A stretch of 64,000 bases of DNA from Spirulina sp. (GCA_044070495.1 JBIPSI010000015.1:83215-147214), one strand, 5' to 3'. Shown: positions 39,437 to 50,912, numbered from the stretch's first letter. Made by a program: numbers and translations. Notes: a model not told the origin generated them from the sequence alone.

Positions 39437-39777
39437 AGGATCTAGCCTCTCCTAAAGGTCTTTGGGCGGTTTAAGCCCTGGGTCAACAACCCTACTAACC
39501 ATGCAGGGAAACGGCATCATCCCGAAGCCATACCGCCTTGGCTTTCGTGATCTCCTGCATGATCTATCGTGATCCCTATTCCATTGTTAAAGGTGTGGGG
39601 TCTGGTTCGTAGGGTTGATACTATTCTTAAATACCCCTCAACCCTGCCTTGCTTGGGTCGCCCCTAGAGGACATAGTCTTGGGGAAGGGTGAGCATCGGC
39701 AAGACTGAGCCCCATCTCAACCCAGGCTGGCAACAACCAGAGCCCTTCAGGCCCTCCAGGCCATCCCCCCTAGGGGC

Positions 39778-40536
39778 ATGTTATGTTACAACTATGTTAA
39801 CTTGCCTCTAAGGTTTCCATTGAGTCTCTCCCCTGGCCTAACCCCGAGTAAAAGTCTGTTGCTGTGGCTCTCTGCGGCCCAGGACTGGCTTAGTCATTCC
39901 CAACGCCAGCTACAGGTTTTTGGGGCTTCCTTAGGTTTAGTGATTTTACCAGTGTTTGTGCAGGCTCCCCTAGTTCGCTATTTTCCCTGGGTGAGTTTGG
40001 CCATCACGCCCCTGTGGATCTGGCTGGGGGCTGCGATGATGAAGCGCCCTCGCTGGGAGGTTTGGGGTGATCTGATCGTCGGTTTTGGGTGGATTTGGCT
40101 GACCGGATCTCTCTACTGGGGCTGGTTTCGGTGGGAACCCGTCATGCACCTACCCATCGAAGCCCTAGGAATGCCCATTGCCGTCCTGTGTTTATACAAG
40201 GGCTGCGGACGGGTGGGCAGCTATTTCTTCTTAGGTTCCTTGCTGGGTACCGCCATTACCGATCTCTACATCAACTGGATGCATTTGTTCCCCAGTTGGC
40301 GACAGCTCATGCAGGTGGAACCCGATGTGGCTCCGGTGGTGTTACAGGCCGCAGCGGTGGCCTTAGAAACCGATATTGCCGCCTGCCGGGCGGTGGTGCT
40401 AGCTATTTTTCTACTGGTGGCCACAGCCATTGCCCTATTCACGTCGCGCCAACTGGCTTGGTGGGCCTTTGGGGGAGCGGTACTCAGCACCTTAATTGTG
40501 GATGGGCTGTTTTTCCTCGGCGCGATGCTGGCTTAA
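39778..40536 (+). CDS. DUF3120 membrane protein (start uncertain)
   Basis: PVFVQAPLVRYFPW, GSLYWGWFRWEP, HLPIEA, GSLLGTAITD. Confidence 0.85.
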   Translation: MLCYNYVNLPLRFPLSLSPGLTPSKSLLLWLSAAQDWLSHSQRQLQVFGASLGLVILPVFVQAPLVRYFPWVSLAITPLWIWLGAAMMKRPRWEVWGDLIVGFGWIWLTGSLYWGWFRWEPVMHLPIEALGMPIAVLCLYKGCGRVGSYFFLGSLLGTAITDLYINWMHLFPSWRQLMQVEPDVAPVVLQAAAVALETDIAACRAVVLAIFLLVATAIALFTSRQLAWWAFGGAVLSTLIVDGLFFLGAMLA

Positions 40537-40878
40537 TCCCCAACGTCTGTCTCAGCGGCTAGCCCTGTTTCTCGATTGGCCCTAAGTCCTTAAGTACCTA
40601 TGGACCCAACGTTCAGGTGTTTCCTCAGCCATTGAGAAGATCGGCCATAATAGGGCTATTCATCATGGCTATTCATAATTAATAGATCGGGTGATACCTA
40701 CCCCTTAGGTAGGCAAGTTCGTCTATCGTTGAACCTGAGCCCATGGTTTAACCGACGATTCCTACCCCATCCCAGCGATCTGCGCTGTACCATAGCTCCA
40801 GTATCCTAACCAAGGCTGGTGTGCTCCAAGAGGTGTGCCTAGGAGGTAACGCCCCCTCACCTCCTCACGGGCTGCGGC

Positions 40879-41913
40879 TTGGGATTGCTGCTTGCGTTCA
40901 TCATCGTGTCCTCAGATTGTCAGTTAGCTGCGGTGAACACCCCCGAATCTGGCCCTTACCTTACCCTGAAAACTCAGTCTAGCCCTCGGTATCTGTCCTT
41001 GGCTGGGCTGGCCTGTTGGACAGTGGGACGTAGCGACGACAACAACCTGGTTTTGCCGGATCGCTGGATTTCTCGCAACCATGCCATGCTTCAGGGCATG
41101 GAGGATGGCTCCTTTTATCTGATTGATTTAGGCAGCCGCAATGGCACCTTCATCAATGGGCAACGGGTGACGGTACCCGTGACGCTAAAGGATGGCGACT
41201 CAATTATCTTTGGCCAAACGGAGCTGACCTTTTCCCATCCCAAGGCCAAGTCCCAGTCCATCGAGGCTACGGCTACCGGCACCGATTCCACCGCCACCGC
41301 CATGCTCCATGTGCGGCGGTTAATTTCAGTCATGGTGGTGGATATCCGCGACTTCACCGTTCTAGCCCGCCAAATGGATGAAAAAATCCTCTCGGAGGCC
41401 ATTGGCACCTGGTTTCGACGGGCGGGAGAAATTATCACCCAGTACGGCAGTGGGGTGGATAAATACATTGGCGATGCCGTCATGGCCGTGTGGGTGCATG
41501 GTTCGGGCGGGGCTAACAACGACGAAATGCTGCACATTCTCCAGGCCGTCAGCACCCTGGCGACCATGACCAGTCGCCTCCATGAGCAGTTTCCCCTCCC
41601 CTTTCCCCTGCGCATCGGGGCCGGGCTGAATACGGGCTATGCCATGGTGGGCAACACCGGATCGGCTAATCGCCCCGACTACACGGCCCTAGGCGACACC
41701 GTCAATGCCGCCTTTCGCCTAGAGTCTGCCACGAAGGCCCTAGGGATAGACCTAGCCATGGGCGAAACCACCTACGACTACCTCCAGCTCCTCGGAGCCA
41801 GCGAACCCTACTTCCAGCGCCATACGGTCTTACTGAAGGGCTACGACAGCCCCATTACGGCCTACGGCGGCACCTTTACCCACCTCAATCAATTTCTAGT
41901 GCGCCAGGAATAA
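40879..41913 (+). CDS. FHA-domain adenylate/guanylate cyclase (start uncertain)
   Basis: FHA GR..SRNHA..DLGSRNGT; cyclase DIRDFT, DKYIGDA, GDTVNAAFRLES. Confidence 0.9.
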   Translation: MGLLLAFIIVSSDCQLAAVNTPESGPYLTLKTQSSPRYLSLAGLACWTVGRSDDNNLVLPDRWISRNHAMLQGMEDGSFYLIDLGSRNGTFINGQRVTVPVTLKDGDSIIFGQTELTFSHPKAKSQSIEATATGTDSTATAMLHVRRLISVMVVDIRDFTVLARQMDEKILSEAIGTWFRRAGEIITQYGSGVDKYIGDAVMAVWVHGSGGANNDEMLHILQAVSTLATMTSRLHEQFPLPFPLRIGAGLNTGYAMVGNTGSANRPDYTALGDTVNAAFRLESATKALGIDLAMGETTYDYLQLLGASEPYFQRHTVLLKGYDSPITAYGGTFTHLNQFLVRQE

Positions 41914-42020
41914 CGAGCGAGGGTTGGGCGTAGCAGAAAGCCGGGGATGGGCTAGGCTACTGTCTATAGTCATTGCCCTAGGGAACACCCTGAGGCCCCT
42001 AACCTAGGATCCGTAATACC

Positions 42021-43067
42021 GTGGTCGATAGCCTTTCCCCCTCAGAGCGTCGCCTGTTTCGTGTGGGCACCTTTAACCTCTCAAACCTGGCCTTGCCGGA
42101 GCGCGACTTTTACCCCGGCGAGTCCTACAGCCGCGACGACTACCTGAAAAAGCTCACCTGGATCGGTCGTCAGCTCGACCGCATGAAGGTGGATATTGTG
42201 GGCTTTCAGGAGGTGTTTCACCAGGGAGCCCTCAAGGAAGCCCTGCACCGCAGTGAGTATCACCGTCAGCACACCATTGTCATGGCCGAGGGGGCAGGGC
42301 GTGGCCCTGGGTTGGCCCTGGCCACTCGGTTCCCGGTGCTAGATCAGCGGGTCTATGAGGACTTCCCCCCCGGCAGCGCCCTAGAACTCGATGGATCCGA
42401 ACTGCCCATTAGCCAATTTTCCCATCCGGTGCTGGCGGTGGATTTGGCCCTCACCGAAGCGATTCAATGTACGGTCTTTGTGATTCACCTCAAATCTAAG
42501 CGTCCCACCCTGGCCGATGGCGTAGACCGGGGGGATCCGGTGGAGGTGGCCAAGGGCTATGCTCGGTCGCTGATTCGGCGGGCAGCGGAGGCCACGGCCC
42601 TGCGCTGCATTCTCATGGAAGTGCTGCAAGATCGGCGCTATCCGGTGATTGTGATGGGGGATGTGAACGACAACCACACGGCGGTAACCACCCAAATTGT
42701 GGCCGGGCAGCCCCCCTGGGAATGCTGGCCCTACCGCAAAAAGGCCCCGGTGTGGGATGTACTGCTCTACCAGGTGAAGGATATCCAGGCCCGCCTGGGC
42801 TACGGTGACCACTACTACACCCACATCCACAACGGCCACTACGACAGCCTCGATCACATCATGGTGAGCGAAGAATTTGCCGCCCAAAACCGAGATCGCA
42901 TTGGCCGCGTCACCTATGTCTCGGTCTATAACGACCACCTTTTCGACCAAACCCTCCTCGACGAAACCATCGAGCCGTGGAAATCCGACCATGGCCAAGT
43001 GGTCGCCACCATCGAGCTGGATCCACCCCCTTCGCCGCTGCCCAATGTTCCCGTGCGGCGGGGGTAG
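42021..43067 (+). CDS. Endonuclease/exonuclease/phosphatase family protein
   Basis: TFNLSN, GFQEV, HLKSK, GDVND, LDHI, SDHG. Confidence 0.88.
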   Translation: MVDSLSPSERRLFRVGTFNLSNLALPERDFYPGESYSRDDYLKKLTWIGRQLDRMKVDIVGFQEVFHQGALKEALHRSEYHRQHTIVMAEGAGRGPGLALATRFPVLDQRVYEDFPPGSALELDGSELPISQFSHPVLAVDLALTEAIQCTVFVIHLKSKRPTLADGVDRGDPVEVAKGYARSLIRRAAEATALRCILMEVLQDRRYPVIVMGDVNDNHTAVTTQIVAGQPPWECWPYRKKAPVWDVLLYQVKDIQARLGYGDHYYTHIHNGHYDSLDHIMVSEEFAAQNRDRIGRVTYVSVYNDHLFDQTLLDETIEPWKSDHGQVVATIELDPPPSPLPNVPVRRG

Positions 43068-43073
43068 TTACCG

Positions 43074-44735
43074 TTAATGGGTCCAGCGGGCACGGTCAGG
43101 GCGGGCATCGATATGCACCAGGTGCGGATAGCGGTGATAACGCCCCAACCCTCCGGGCCACCAGGGATCGAGGAACCAGTAAACCTGGCTACCCGTGAGA
43201 CCGGCGCAGTAAACATCGATGGCGTCACCGATGCCATGGCGACTATGGAAGGGGCGGCCCTGCGGAGGACTAACCTCGAACGGGTGATACCAACGGGTAA
43301 CCATGAAGGGACGACCTAGGCGGTCACGGGCCTGCTGGGCCAACTGGGCAATGCGGATCATGGCATCTACGGTAGCCTGGTTCGGGGGCATATGCACCCC
43401 GCCACGGGTCGCCTCGGCCCAGGTGAAATGACCATTGGACACAATGCTGGCTGCTAGTTGAATATTCTGGGGTGTCCAGTGCGGAGGCCGAGGCGGGGCC
43501 AAGGTCGGCAGAGGCATCGGCATTGCGTCGGGGGAGGTGGGGGCGGCCCGTTCCATCCGTCGCACATCCTCCAGCAAGGCTTGCACGGTGGCGGTGCGGT
43601 TCTCCAGCCCGCGCCAAAGCTGCACCAGACCAATTAGGGTTTCCCGCTGGGCCTCCGTTTCGTCGTAGGTAGTGGGCAGGGTTTGGACAAAATCCACCAA
43701 GGCTCGATCTAGGGTTTGGGCGGTGGCCATCAGGGCATCGGGATGATCGGCCTGGGCCACCAGATCATCGGGGTTCACCCCCAGTCGTTGCAGGGCCACA
43801 TTGCGAGACTCTAGGCCGTACCATTGCCGATAACCCTCGGTGAGGGCAAGGCGTTGATTCCCCTGCCCCCGATAGCGAGGGGGGATGGTCTGTACGACCG
43901 CCATCAGAGCCGCATCAAGCACGGGCAGATTGATGGCGTGGGCAAAGGGATCGCGGGCCAGCAACATCCCAATAGCGGCCTCGCGGGAGTCGCACCTATG
44001 CCAAAGCTGCACGAGGCGAAGCAGGGCCTCGCGCTGGTGAGGATAGCCCCCATAGTCGCGCAGGGCCACCAGGGTAAACGCCAGCAGGGCTTGATCTAGG
44101 GCGGTTTCGTCCGGCACCTGATCTACCACGGGCACCTGCATCATCCCGTAAACATCATGGACGTCATCCCCCTGCCGCCAGATCCGCGCTGCCTCCACGA
44201 GGGCCTGCCGCTGTGTTTCTAGCCGACTATAGTTGGGGGGCACCCGCTCCACAAAGGCGAGCAGGGTAGGGTCTAGCTGGGCCATCTTCTGGGGCATGGG
44301 GGCACCGCCATAGTCCGCCGCCCAGTCCTCTAAATACGCCTGACGCAGGGCAGCCTCATCACAGGACTCAAGCTGAGCCGCATCCTGTTCGTGGGCAGAG
44401 GGGGTATAACCCTGGGCCACCTGCCCTAGGAAGCGGTCGGCGTAGCGTCCGGCGGCAGCATCCCAGAGATCGGTGCTCGGCCAACCCTGATCAATCAATC
44501 GCAGAGTGAGGCGACGCAAGGTATTGGCGGCAAAGCGCACCTGCCCCATAAAGGTGTCCACCTGGGCCAGATCAATCTGATGAATCGGCACAAGGCCCAA
44601 CCCCGTTTCCCCATCCGTCAGGGGGGACGGCCTCTGCACCCTGTGGAGAGCCGCCAATAAAGGCTTGTGAATCCCCGTGCGGCCCGCCTCAATGAGATAG
44701 TAGTGATTGCGCTGATCCGGTGCTAGCTTGTCCAT
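43074..44735 (-). CDS. Peptidase M15A (D-Ala-D-Ala carboxypeptidase family) with repeated helical N-terminal domains
   Basis: C-terminal FTWAEATRGG...SRHGIGDAID...HIDAR; repeats LD.ALL.FV...QREAL. Confidence 0.8.
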   Translation of the reverse strand: MDKLAPDQRNHYYLIEAGRTGIHKPLLAALHRVQRPSPLTDGETGLGLVPIHQIDLAQVDTFMGQVRFAANTLRRLTLRLIDQGWPSTDLWDAAAGRYADRFLGQVAQGYTPSAHEQDAAQLESCDEAALRQAYLEDWAADYGGAPMPQKMAQLDPTLLAFVERVPPNYSRLETQRQALVEAARIWRQGDDVHDVYGMMQVPVVDQVPDETALDQALLAFTLVALRDYGGYPHQREALLRLVQLWHRCDSREAAIGMLLARDPFAHAINLPVLDAALMAVVQTIPPRYRGQGNQRLALTEGYRQWYGLESRNVALQRLGVNPDDLVAQADHPDALMATAQTLDRALVDFVQTLPTTYDETEAQRETLIGLVQLWRGLENRTATVQALLEDVRRMERAAPTSPDAMPMPLPTLAPPRPPHWTPQNIQLAASIVSNGHFTWAEATRGGVHMPPNQATVDAMIRIAQLAQQARDRLGRPFMVTRWYHPFEVSPPQGRPFHSRHGIGDAIDVYCAGLTGSQVYWFLDPWWPGGLGRYHRYPHLVHIDARPDRARWTH

Positions 44736-44872
44736 AGCCCTGTTTCTGCCTCCCCAAACCTTGTCAAACAGCCGTCTGGGCTGTCTTTGTGGCAGGCCAG
44801 ATGCCTACCCTACAATGACCTTGTTGATTGATTGATGACTCAGCCTTGCAGCCGTCACTTAGTGTAGAACCG

Positions 44873-45655
44873 ATGGACAAATCCCAACCATTAACTACTG
44901 CCGAGTTTGTGCATCGGTTTCGGGAATGCTGTCCTCAGCCTGGGTTGATCGCCACCGACATGGACGGCACCCTCACTCGCCAGGGTGAGTTTACGGCGGA
45001 TCTGCTGGAGGGATTGGCCCAATGGCAGCGGGCGGGGTGGACGGTGCTCGTGGTTACTGGACGTTCGGCGGGGTGGGTGCAGGGCATTGCCCATTATTTG
45101 CCCATTGCCGGGGCCATGGCGGAAAACGGCGGCGTTTATTTCCCCGGCAGCGACCGTCCCGAATACCTTAGCGACATTCCGAATCTCTCCCACCATCGCG
45201 AGTCCCTAGCTGAGGTCTTTCGTCACCTGTGTCAGCATGGGTTTGATATCGCCACCGCTGAGGACAACGCCTTTCGCCTTACCGACTGGACATTTTCCAC
45301 GGAGGGACTGACCCCAACCGATCTCACCCGCATGGCCGAAATTTGCCACACCCTCGATTGGGGATTTACCTATAGCACGGTGCAGTGTCACATTTTCCCG
45401 GTCGATCAATCCAAAGCGGCAGGGCTACAACGGGTTCTGAACACCCACTTTCCCCAGTTTGGCTCTCACCAGGTAATCACCATCGGCGACAGCCCCAACG
45501 ACGTCAGTATGTTTGACCCTGGCCTTTTTCCGCAATCCGTAGGCGTGGCCAATGTGAAACACTACTGGCCCCACCTCGCCCACCATCCCCGCTGCGTTAC
45601 CCATCAGCCCGAAGTGGATGGCTTTCTAGAACTCACCCAAGCGCTCTTGGGCTAA
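44873..45655 (+). CDS. HAD-IIB family hydrolase
   Basis: TDMDGTLT, VTGR, GDSPND. Confidence 0.88.
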   Translation: MDKSQPLTTAEFVHRFRECCPQPGLIATDMDGTLTRQGEFTADLLEGLAQWQRAGWTVLVVTGRSAGWVQGIAHYLPIAGAMAENGGVYFPGSDRPEYLSDIPNLSHHRESLAEVFRHLCQHGFDIATAEDNAFRLTDWTFSTEGLTPTDLTRMAEICHTLDWGFTYSTVQCHIFPVDQSKAAGLQRVLNTHFPQFGSHQVITIGDSPNDVSMFDPGLFPQSVGVANVKHYWPHLAHHPRCVTHQPEVDGFLELTQALLG

Positions 45656-45674
45656 ACCTTGCATAACTACAAAA

Positions 45675-45700
45675 GGGGGTTAGCCCAAAGACTAACCCCC
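45675..45700. terminator. Hairpin/terminator between convergent genes
   Basis: GGGGTTAG-CCCAAAGA-CTAACCCC preceded by an A-run. Confidence 0.55.
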
Positions 45701-45902
45701 GATTACCCGATTGGTGTAGCGCTGGAGCCAAGCCTGTTACCCCTGGCTGAAGCGCTATCCCAAATCCGAATTAGGCCACCCCGATTTCCAACCCAGAACG
45801 CCGTAGGGGTGAGGTTTCCTCACCCGTGGAACCGGGGTAAGCCAGCCAGATTTAGCATGACCCAATGGAGAAGCGACTCTTAGAGCAACGCTAGGACAAA
45901 CC

Positions 45903-46613
45903 CTAGAAGAACGCAGGCTGGTGACGGATCAGGCTGAGGAACTCTTCGCGGGTTTTTTGGTCATCCCGGAAAGAACCCAGCATGGCGCTGGTTACCGTCC
46001 AAGAACCGGGCTTTTGCACGCCGCGCATGACCATGCACATGTGGCTGGCTTCCACCACCACAGCCACCCCACGGGGTTCCAGAATTTCCTGAATCGCTTC
46101 GGCCACCTGGCGGGTGAGGCGTTCCTGCACCTGAAGGCGGCGGGAATACATTTCTACGATGCGGGCCAGTTTGCTGAGACCGACGACGCGCTGGTTAGGG
46201 ATGTAGGCGACGTGGGCGCGGCCCATGAAGGGCAGCATGTGGTGCTCGCACATGCTAAATAGGTCGATGTCACGCACCAGCACCATTTCGTTGTGGCCTT
46301 CATCAAAAATGGCCCCGTTGACCAGTTCTTCCAGGGATTGTTGATAGCCGCTGGTCAGAAATCGCATGGCATCGGCCACCCGCTTGGGCGTCTTCAGTAG
46401 CCCCTCCCGGTCGGGGTCTTCGCCCACGGAGAGCAGCATGGTGCGCACGGCCTCCTTCATGTCGTCGTGGCTGGTTTCGGGAATGCTGTAGGGCTTGGCC
46501 TCAGCACCGTGGCTGAGGGAACGGTCGGGCAGAACCGTCGGAGAAATGCCCGTGGTGCTCAGGCCAGTGGGGGTAACTTTGTCATTGATGCCATTTGAGG
46601 ATGCGATAGTCAT
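45903..46613 (-). CDS. folE: GTP cyclohydrolase I
   Basis: [45 protein letters not shown]. Confidence 0.97.
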   Translation of the reverse strand: MTIASSNGINDKVTPTGLSTTGISPTVLPDRSLSHGAEAKPYSIPETSHDDMKEAVRTMLLSVGEDPDREGLLKTPKRVADAMRFLTSGYQQSLEELVNGAIFDEGHNEMVLVRDIDLFSMCEHHMLPFMGRAHVAYIPNQRVVGLSKLARIVEMYSRRLQVQERLTRQVAEAIQEILEPRGVAVVVEASHMCMVMRGVQKPGSWTVTSAMLGSFRDDQKTREEFLSLIRHQPAFF

Positions 46614-46709
46614 AGGGTTTCACTAAACTCCAGGTGTTCAACAAAATTGAGACCGCTCTCTGAGACGGCCAAACTGCACAGACGGTGAAAAACTTCAGGG
46701 CTAAGCCCG

Positions 46710-47447
46710 CTACAAGGCACCCCCAGCGGGCAGCAGCACAATATCCTCGATCACAGCTTGGGGAGGTAGCAGCACGGTGCTCAGGATCGTTTGGGCGACA
46801 ATTTCAGGGGTCAACATTTGATTTCGATCAAAATCAGCATTAACGGTGTCGGTATCCCACAGAGGAGTGTTTACCGCGCCCGGGGTAACCATCACCACCC
46901 GGATGCCGTTGGCCCGCTCCTCCACCGCCAGCACCTTGGAAAGGGCGACCAAAGCAGCCTTGCTGGCGGTGTAGGCACCCCAGTCTGGGAAGGCCGATTT
47001 CGCGGCAATGGAAGAAATGTTGACGATGGTACCTCCACCTCCAGCCCTAAAGGTGGGAATCGCCGCCTGGATGCACTGAAACACGCTGGTGAGATTGAGA
47101 TCCATAACCTGCTGCCAATGGTGCAGGGGCATGGTGGCGAGGGATCCGGTGTAGCCCATACCGGCGTTATTAATCAGGACGCTGAAGGCCCCAAAATCTT
47201 GGATGATTTCGGCCAAGCGGGCTTGCAAACCGGATTGATCCGCCAGTTCAACGACATAGCCCTTGGCCACCACGTCGTACTCCGCCAGTTCATCAATAAC
47301 GGGCTGCAACCGCTCTAGGGAACGACCCAACAGGGCAACGTCGAACCCGGCCTGGGCAAGGGCGTGGGCCGTGGCTCTACCGATACCGCGACTAGCTCCC
47401 GTGATCAGGGCGCGACGCGGCAGGCCGGAACGGGGGGAATTGTCCAA
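46710..47447 (-). CDS. SDR oxidoreductase co-located with folE
   Basis: TGASRGIG, INNAG, YTASK. Confidence 0.88.
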   Translation of the reverse strand: MDNSPRSGLPRRALITGASRGIGRATAHALAQAGFDVALLGRSLERLQPVIDELAEYDVVAKGYVVELADQSGLQARLAEIIQDFGAFSVLINNAGMGYTGSLATMPLHHWQQVMDLNLTSVFQCIQAAIPTFRAGGGGTIVNISSIAAKSAFPDWGAYTASKAALVALSKVLAVEERANGIRVVMVTPGAVNTPLWDTDTVNADFDRNQMLTPEIVAQTILSTVLLPPQAVIEDIVLLPAGGAL

Positions 47448-47683
47448 TGCTGAATACCAAAAACCAACAACTAACGAACCAGGAGCTAGGCAAGACCTAT
47501 GGGTTGAGGGCTGCTAAGCTCGCTTCCTTAAGCGTTCCCGGATCGGGGTGGTTAGGCAAACAAGGTCAGGCCCACTTACATGTTAACAAACGTAAAGCAC
47601 TTCTCTCAGGAATAGTCACCATAAAAGTCTTTGATGGCTATTCCCTCAGACATCCTATTATTGCACCCCCGTCTCCCTTGAAC

Positions 47684-48667
47684 CTAGGCCGCTGCCTCCG
47701 CAAAAACGCCAATTTTTCGATATTTCTGATAACGCATCTGCTGGAGCGCTTCAGGGGTCAGGCAAGAGAGTTCCGTCAGGTGGTCTACAAGGGCCTGCTT
47801 GAGAATTTCTGCCGCCTGGATAGGGTCGGAATGGGCACCGCCCACCGGTTCCGGCAAGAGCTGATCCAAAATACCCAGGTTTTTCAAATCCCAGGAGGTG
47901 ATCTTCAGGGCTTCGGCGGCTTCGGCGGAACGTCCGGCATCCTTCCACAGAATGGCGGCACAGGCTTCGGGGCTGGCCACGGTGTACACGGAATGCTCAA
48001 ACATCATCAGCCGATCTCCCACGCCAATGCCCAGGGCACCGCCAGAACCGCCCTCGCCAATGATGGTGCAGATAATCGGCACCCGCAGGCCAAACATTTC
48101 CCGCAGGTTGTAGGCGATGGCTTCACCTTGTCCCATTTCCTCGGCCTCGTAGCCGGGATAGGCACCGGGGGTATCAATAAAGGTAATGATCGGCATAGAA
48201 AACCGATCGGCATGGCGCATCAACCGCATAGCTTTGCGGTAGCCGCCGGGGGAGGCCATGCCAAAATTGCGGGCCACATTGTCCTTGGTGTCGCGGCCTT
48301 TTTGGTGGCCCAAAATCACCACGGGTCGCCCCTCCAACCGGGCCACGCCCCCTACCAAGGCCGGGTCGTCTTTGCCGGAGCTGCGGTCTCCGTGCAGCTC
48401 AATCCATTCATCAGTGATGGACTGGATATAGTCTAGGGTGCTGGGGCGGCGGGGATGGCGGGCCACCTGCAACCGCTGGGCTGGGGTGAGGCTAGAAAAA
48501 ATTTCCTGGCGCAAATGGGTGGCCCTGGCCTCTAGCTGGCGCAACTGGGCCGATACGTCTACATCATTTTTTTCCGCTAATTCGCGGATTTGGGCAATGC
48601 GTCCCTCCAGCTCCGCCAGGGGCTTTTCAAAGGACAGCAAAATTGACTTGCGCTCGTTAGGGGCCAT
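47684..48667 (-). CDS. accA: Acetyl-CoA carboxylase carboxyltransferase alpha subunit
   Basis: [39 protein letters not shown]. Confidence 0.97.
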   Translation of the reverse strand: MAPNERKSILLSFEKPLAELEGRIAQIRELAEKNDVDVSAQLRQLEARATHLRQEIFSSLTPAQRLQVARHPRRPSTLDYIQSITDEWIELHGDRSSGKDDPALVGGVARLEGRPVVILGHQKGRDTKDNVARNFGMASPGGYRKAMRLMRHADRFSMPIITFIDTPGAYPGYEAEEMGQGEAIAYNLREMFGLRVPIICTIIGEGGSGGALGIGVGDRLMMFEHSVYTVASPEACAAILWKDAGRSAEAAEALKITSWDLKNLGILDQLLPEPVGGAHSDPIQAAEILKQALVDHLTELSCLTPEALQQMRYQKYRKIGVFAEAAA

Positions 48668-48865
48668 GGCCAGCAGGTACAGCGATAGAAAAACAAGGCC
48701 CAAGCCGCAGCGAATGCAAAAATTGGGCCTTTCCCAGAATACCAAGCCAGGTTCCCCTTCCCGCCGCCCATGGGGGTAGGGAATTTACCCCATGACCTGG
48801 GGGCATGGATGAATAAGGGTTCGAGACGATGGCGGGGTCGGGTCGGCCCCCCGACTCCTAACGTC

Positions 48866-49810
48866 CTAATCGTAAATGTTGGCCGCCTTCAGCATGTGGT
48901 AAGTGATCAACAACTGGGTCAGCGCTAGGGGATAGCTTCGCAGGGTTTCTCCAGTGGTGCCGATCACGGTGCCAATGTCGGTGTTGCCTTCAATGCTGCA
49001 AAAACGTCCCAGGTAGGGAATTTCGCCGCACAGGGTGCGCTCCAGTTCTTGGACAGGTTGCTCGGTGGCGTGGCAGTCAATTTCGAGCACATCCACGGGT
49101 TTGCCCATGTCGCGATCCAGTTCTAGGCGCACGGCATCGCTGAGGGTACCGCCGTGCTTGGTTTCTAGCAGGTGGCTAAAGTCGGGGTGGGGGATGGTAG
49201 GCCGCATCACCAGGCGCACGTTGAGCATTAGTTCATCGGTGCTTTGCTCATTGCTGGGGGGATAGAAGGAGACCACCACATCGGCCCATTGGCGCTGGGG
49301 GCGGATGTAGGCTTCGGAGTCTTCCTCGCGGGCCTTGATCTGTTCGATCACCTCTTCTGGGGTGTAGCCACGCTTGCGGGTGTCGCGCTTAATTTTCCAG
49401 TTGGCGCGTAGGTCTTCCGGCGGGGCAAGGTAGACCTTCACATCGTAGGCATCGCGGCAGGCGCGGGTGGAATAGCCCAGCAGTCCCTCCACGATCACAA
49501 AGCGGCGGGGTTCGATGTATTCCGGGGCGTCAAATTCGCCGCTGCTGTGGTTGTAGATGGGTTTGAGGATAGACTGCCCAGTACGCAGCAAGCCCAAGTG
49601 CTGCTGGATAATGTCGATGTAGTTGCAGTCGGGGTGAAGGGCAGAGATACCCATTTCCTTGCGCTGTTTGCGGTCGTAGCGGTGGTAGTCGTCCGTGCAG
49701 ATGGTGGTAACTTGGTCTTCGCCTAGAATTTGAGCAATGCCTCGCGTGAGGGTGGTTTTGCCAGCGGCGCTATCGCCCACAATGCCAAGAATAATCGGAC
49801 GGCCTACCAT
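48866..49810 (-). CDS. Phosphoribulokinase/uridine kinase family protein (non-canonical PRK paralogue)
   Basis: GIVGDSAAGKTT, CTDDYHRYDR, KPIYNH, WKIKRD. Confidence 0.85.
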   Translation of the reverse strand: MVGRPIILGIVGDSAAGKTTLTRGIAQILGEDQVTTICTDDYHRYDRKQRKEMGISALHPDCNYIDIIQQHLGLLRTGQSILKPIYNHSSGEFDAPEYIEPRRFVIVEGLLGYSTRACRDAYDVKVYLAPPEDLRANWKIKRDTRKRGYTPEEVIEQIKAREEDSEAYIRPQRQWADVVVSFYPPSNEQSTDELMLNVRLVMRPTIPHPDFSHLLETKHGGTLSDAVRLELDRDMGKPVDVLEIDCHATEQPVQELERTLCGEIPYLGRFCSIEGNTDIGTVIGTTGETLRSYPLALTQLLITYHMLKAANIYD

Positions 49811-49878
49811 ATATTCCTCCAGGGTTGTATAACCAATAGTTAATCATTCCATTGTAGGAACCAATGGGGCGCAATCCG

Positions 49879-50652
49879 ATGATTGATTTAGAGAAGCAGA
49901 CAATTTTAGTGACGGGCGGATCTCGCGGCATCGGGAAGGCCATCGTAGAAACCCTGCACCAGGCTGGGGCCTCGGTGGTGCTGCACTATGGCCAGGGCCA
50001 AGCCGAAGCCGAAGCCATCGCCGCTAACCTCGGTTCCGATGGGGTGCCCTCCGACCGGCTGTATTTGGTTCAAGCGGATTTGGCCCAGCCCGGTGCGGCC
50101 AAGGATCTGTGGGCTAAAGCCTTAGCGTGGCGCGGGTCAATCGCTACGGTGGTCAACAATGCCGCCACCATGCCCGCCGCGCCCATCGAGGGAGATTGGG
50201 ACACCTGGGCGAGCGCTTGGCAGATCACCCTCCAGATCAATCTCATCGCCGTGGCAGATGTGTGTCGTGAAGCCGTCCTCCACTTCCAAACCCAGGGCGG
50301 CGGCACGTTGGTGAACATTGCCAGCCGTGCCGCCTTTCGGGGCGATGGCCCAGAATTTACCCCCTACGCTGCTTCCAAGGGGGGCATCATCAGCCTCACC
50401 CGCACCCTAGCCAGAGGCTTGGCCAAGGACGGTATCTTGGCCTACGCCATTGCCCCCGGATTCGTCCGCACCGACCGCATTGAACAGGTGATGGCCGAAC
50501 GGGGAGCCGACTACGTCACCCGCGACATCCCCATGGGTGCCCCCGCCGACCCCCAAGACATCGCCAACCTCGTCGCCTTCCTCGCCGGTGGCCTCGCCCC
50601 CCACGCCACCGGGGCCACCTTCGACGTCAACGGTGCTTCCTATTTTCACTAA
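49879..50652 (+). CDS. SDR family oxidoreductase
   Basis: TGGSRGIG, VNNAA, YAASK. Confidence 0.88.
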   Translation: MIDLEKQTILVTGGSRGIGKAIVETLHQAGASVVLHYGQGQAEAEAIAANLGSDGVPSDRLYLVQADLAQPGAAKDLWAKALAWRGSIATVVNNAATMPAAPIEGDWDTWASAWQITLQINLIAVADVCREAVLHFQTQGGGTLVNIASRAAFRGDGPEFTPYAASKGGIISLTRTLARGLAKDGILAYAIAPGFVRTDRIEQVMAERGADYVTRDIPMGAPADPQDIANLVAFLAGGLAPHATGATFDVNGASYFH

Positions 50653-50754
50653 GGGATCCGCAAAGGAAGAAGGTACCGATGGCTAGCTTCCCTGTTGGTG
50701 CATTGCTTCACGTTGGCGCAGCCTCGCCTCGGCGTTATGCACCCTTGTATGTAA

Positions 50755-50820
50755 GTAAGGTGGGCACGGCCCACCTCACAACGCCCGCATGGAAAAAATG
50801 GTGGGCAATGCCCACCCTAC
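50755..50820. repeat. REP doublet (REPIN-like)
   Basis: GTAAGGTGGGCACGGCCCACC...GGTGGGCAATGCCCACCCTAC. Confidence 0.7.
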
Positions 50821-50875
50821 TAATCTTGATTTTGCCCAAACCCCCACGCCACAATAAAAGTAACGCCCCCAATAA

Positions 50876-50910
50876 ACCAATCACCAATCACCAACAACCA
50901 ATCACCAACC
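50876..50910. repeat. Heptamer tandem repeat (STRR-like)
   Basis: ACCAATC/ACCAACA units x5. Confidence 0.7.
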
Positions 50911-50912
50911 CC

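Noticed and set aside
39619..39631. NtcA site upstream of the IF7-like gene
   Set aside because: Spacing is GTA-N7-TAC rather than N8
47447..48436. 329-aa plus-strand ORF
   Set aside because: Antisense shadow of accA; no recognisable motifs
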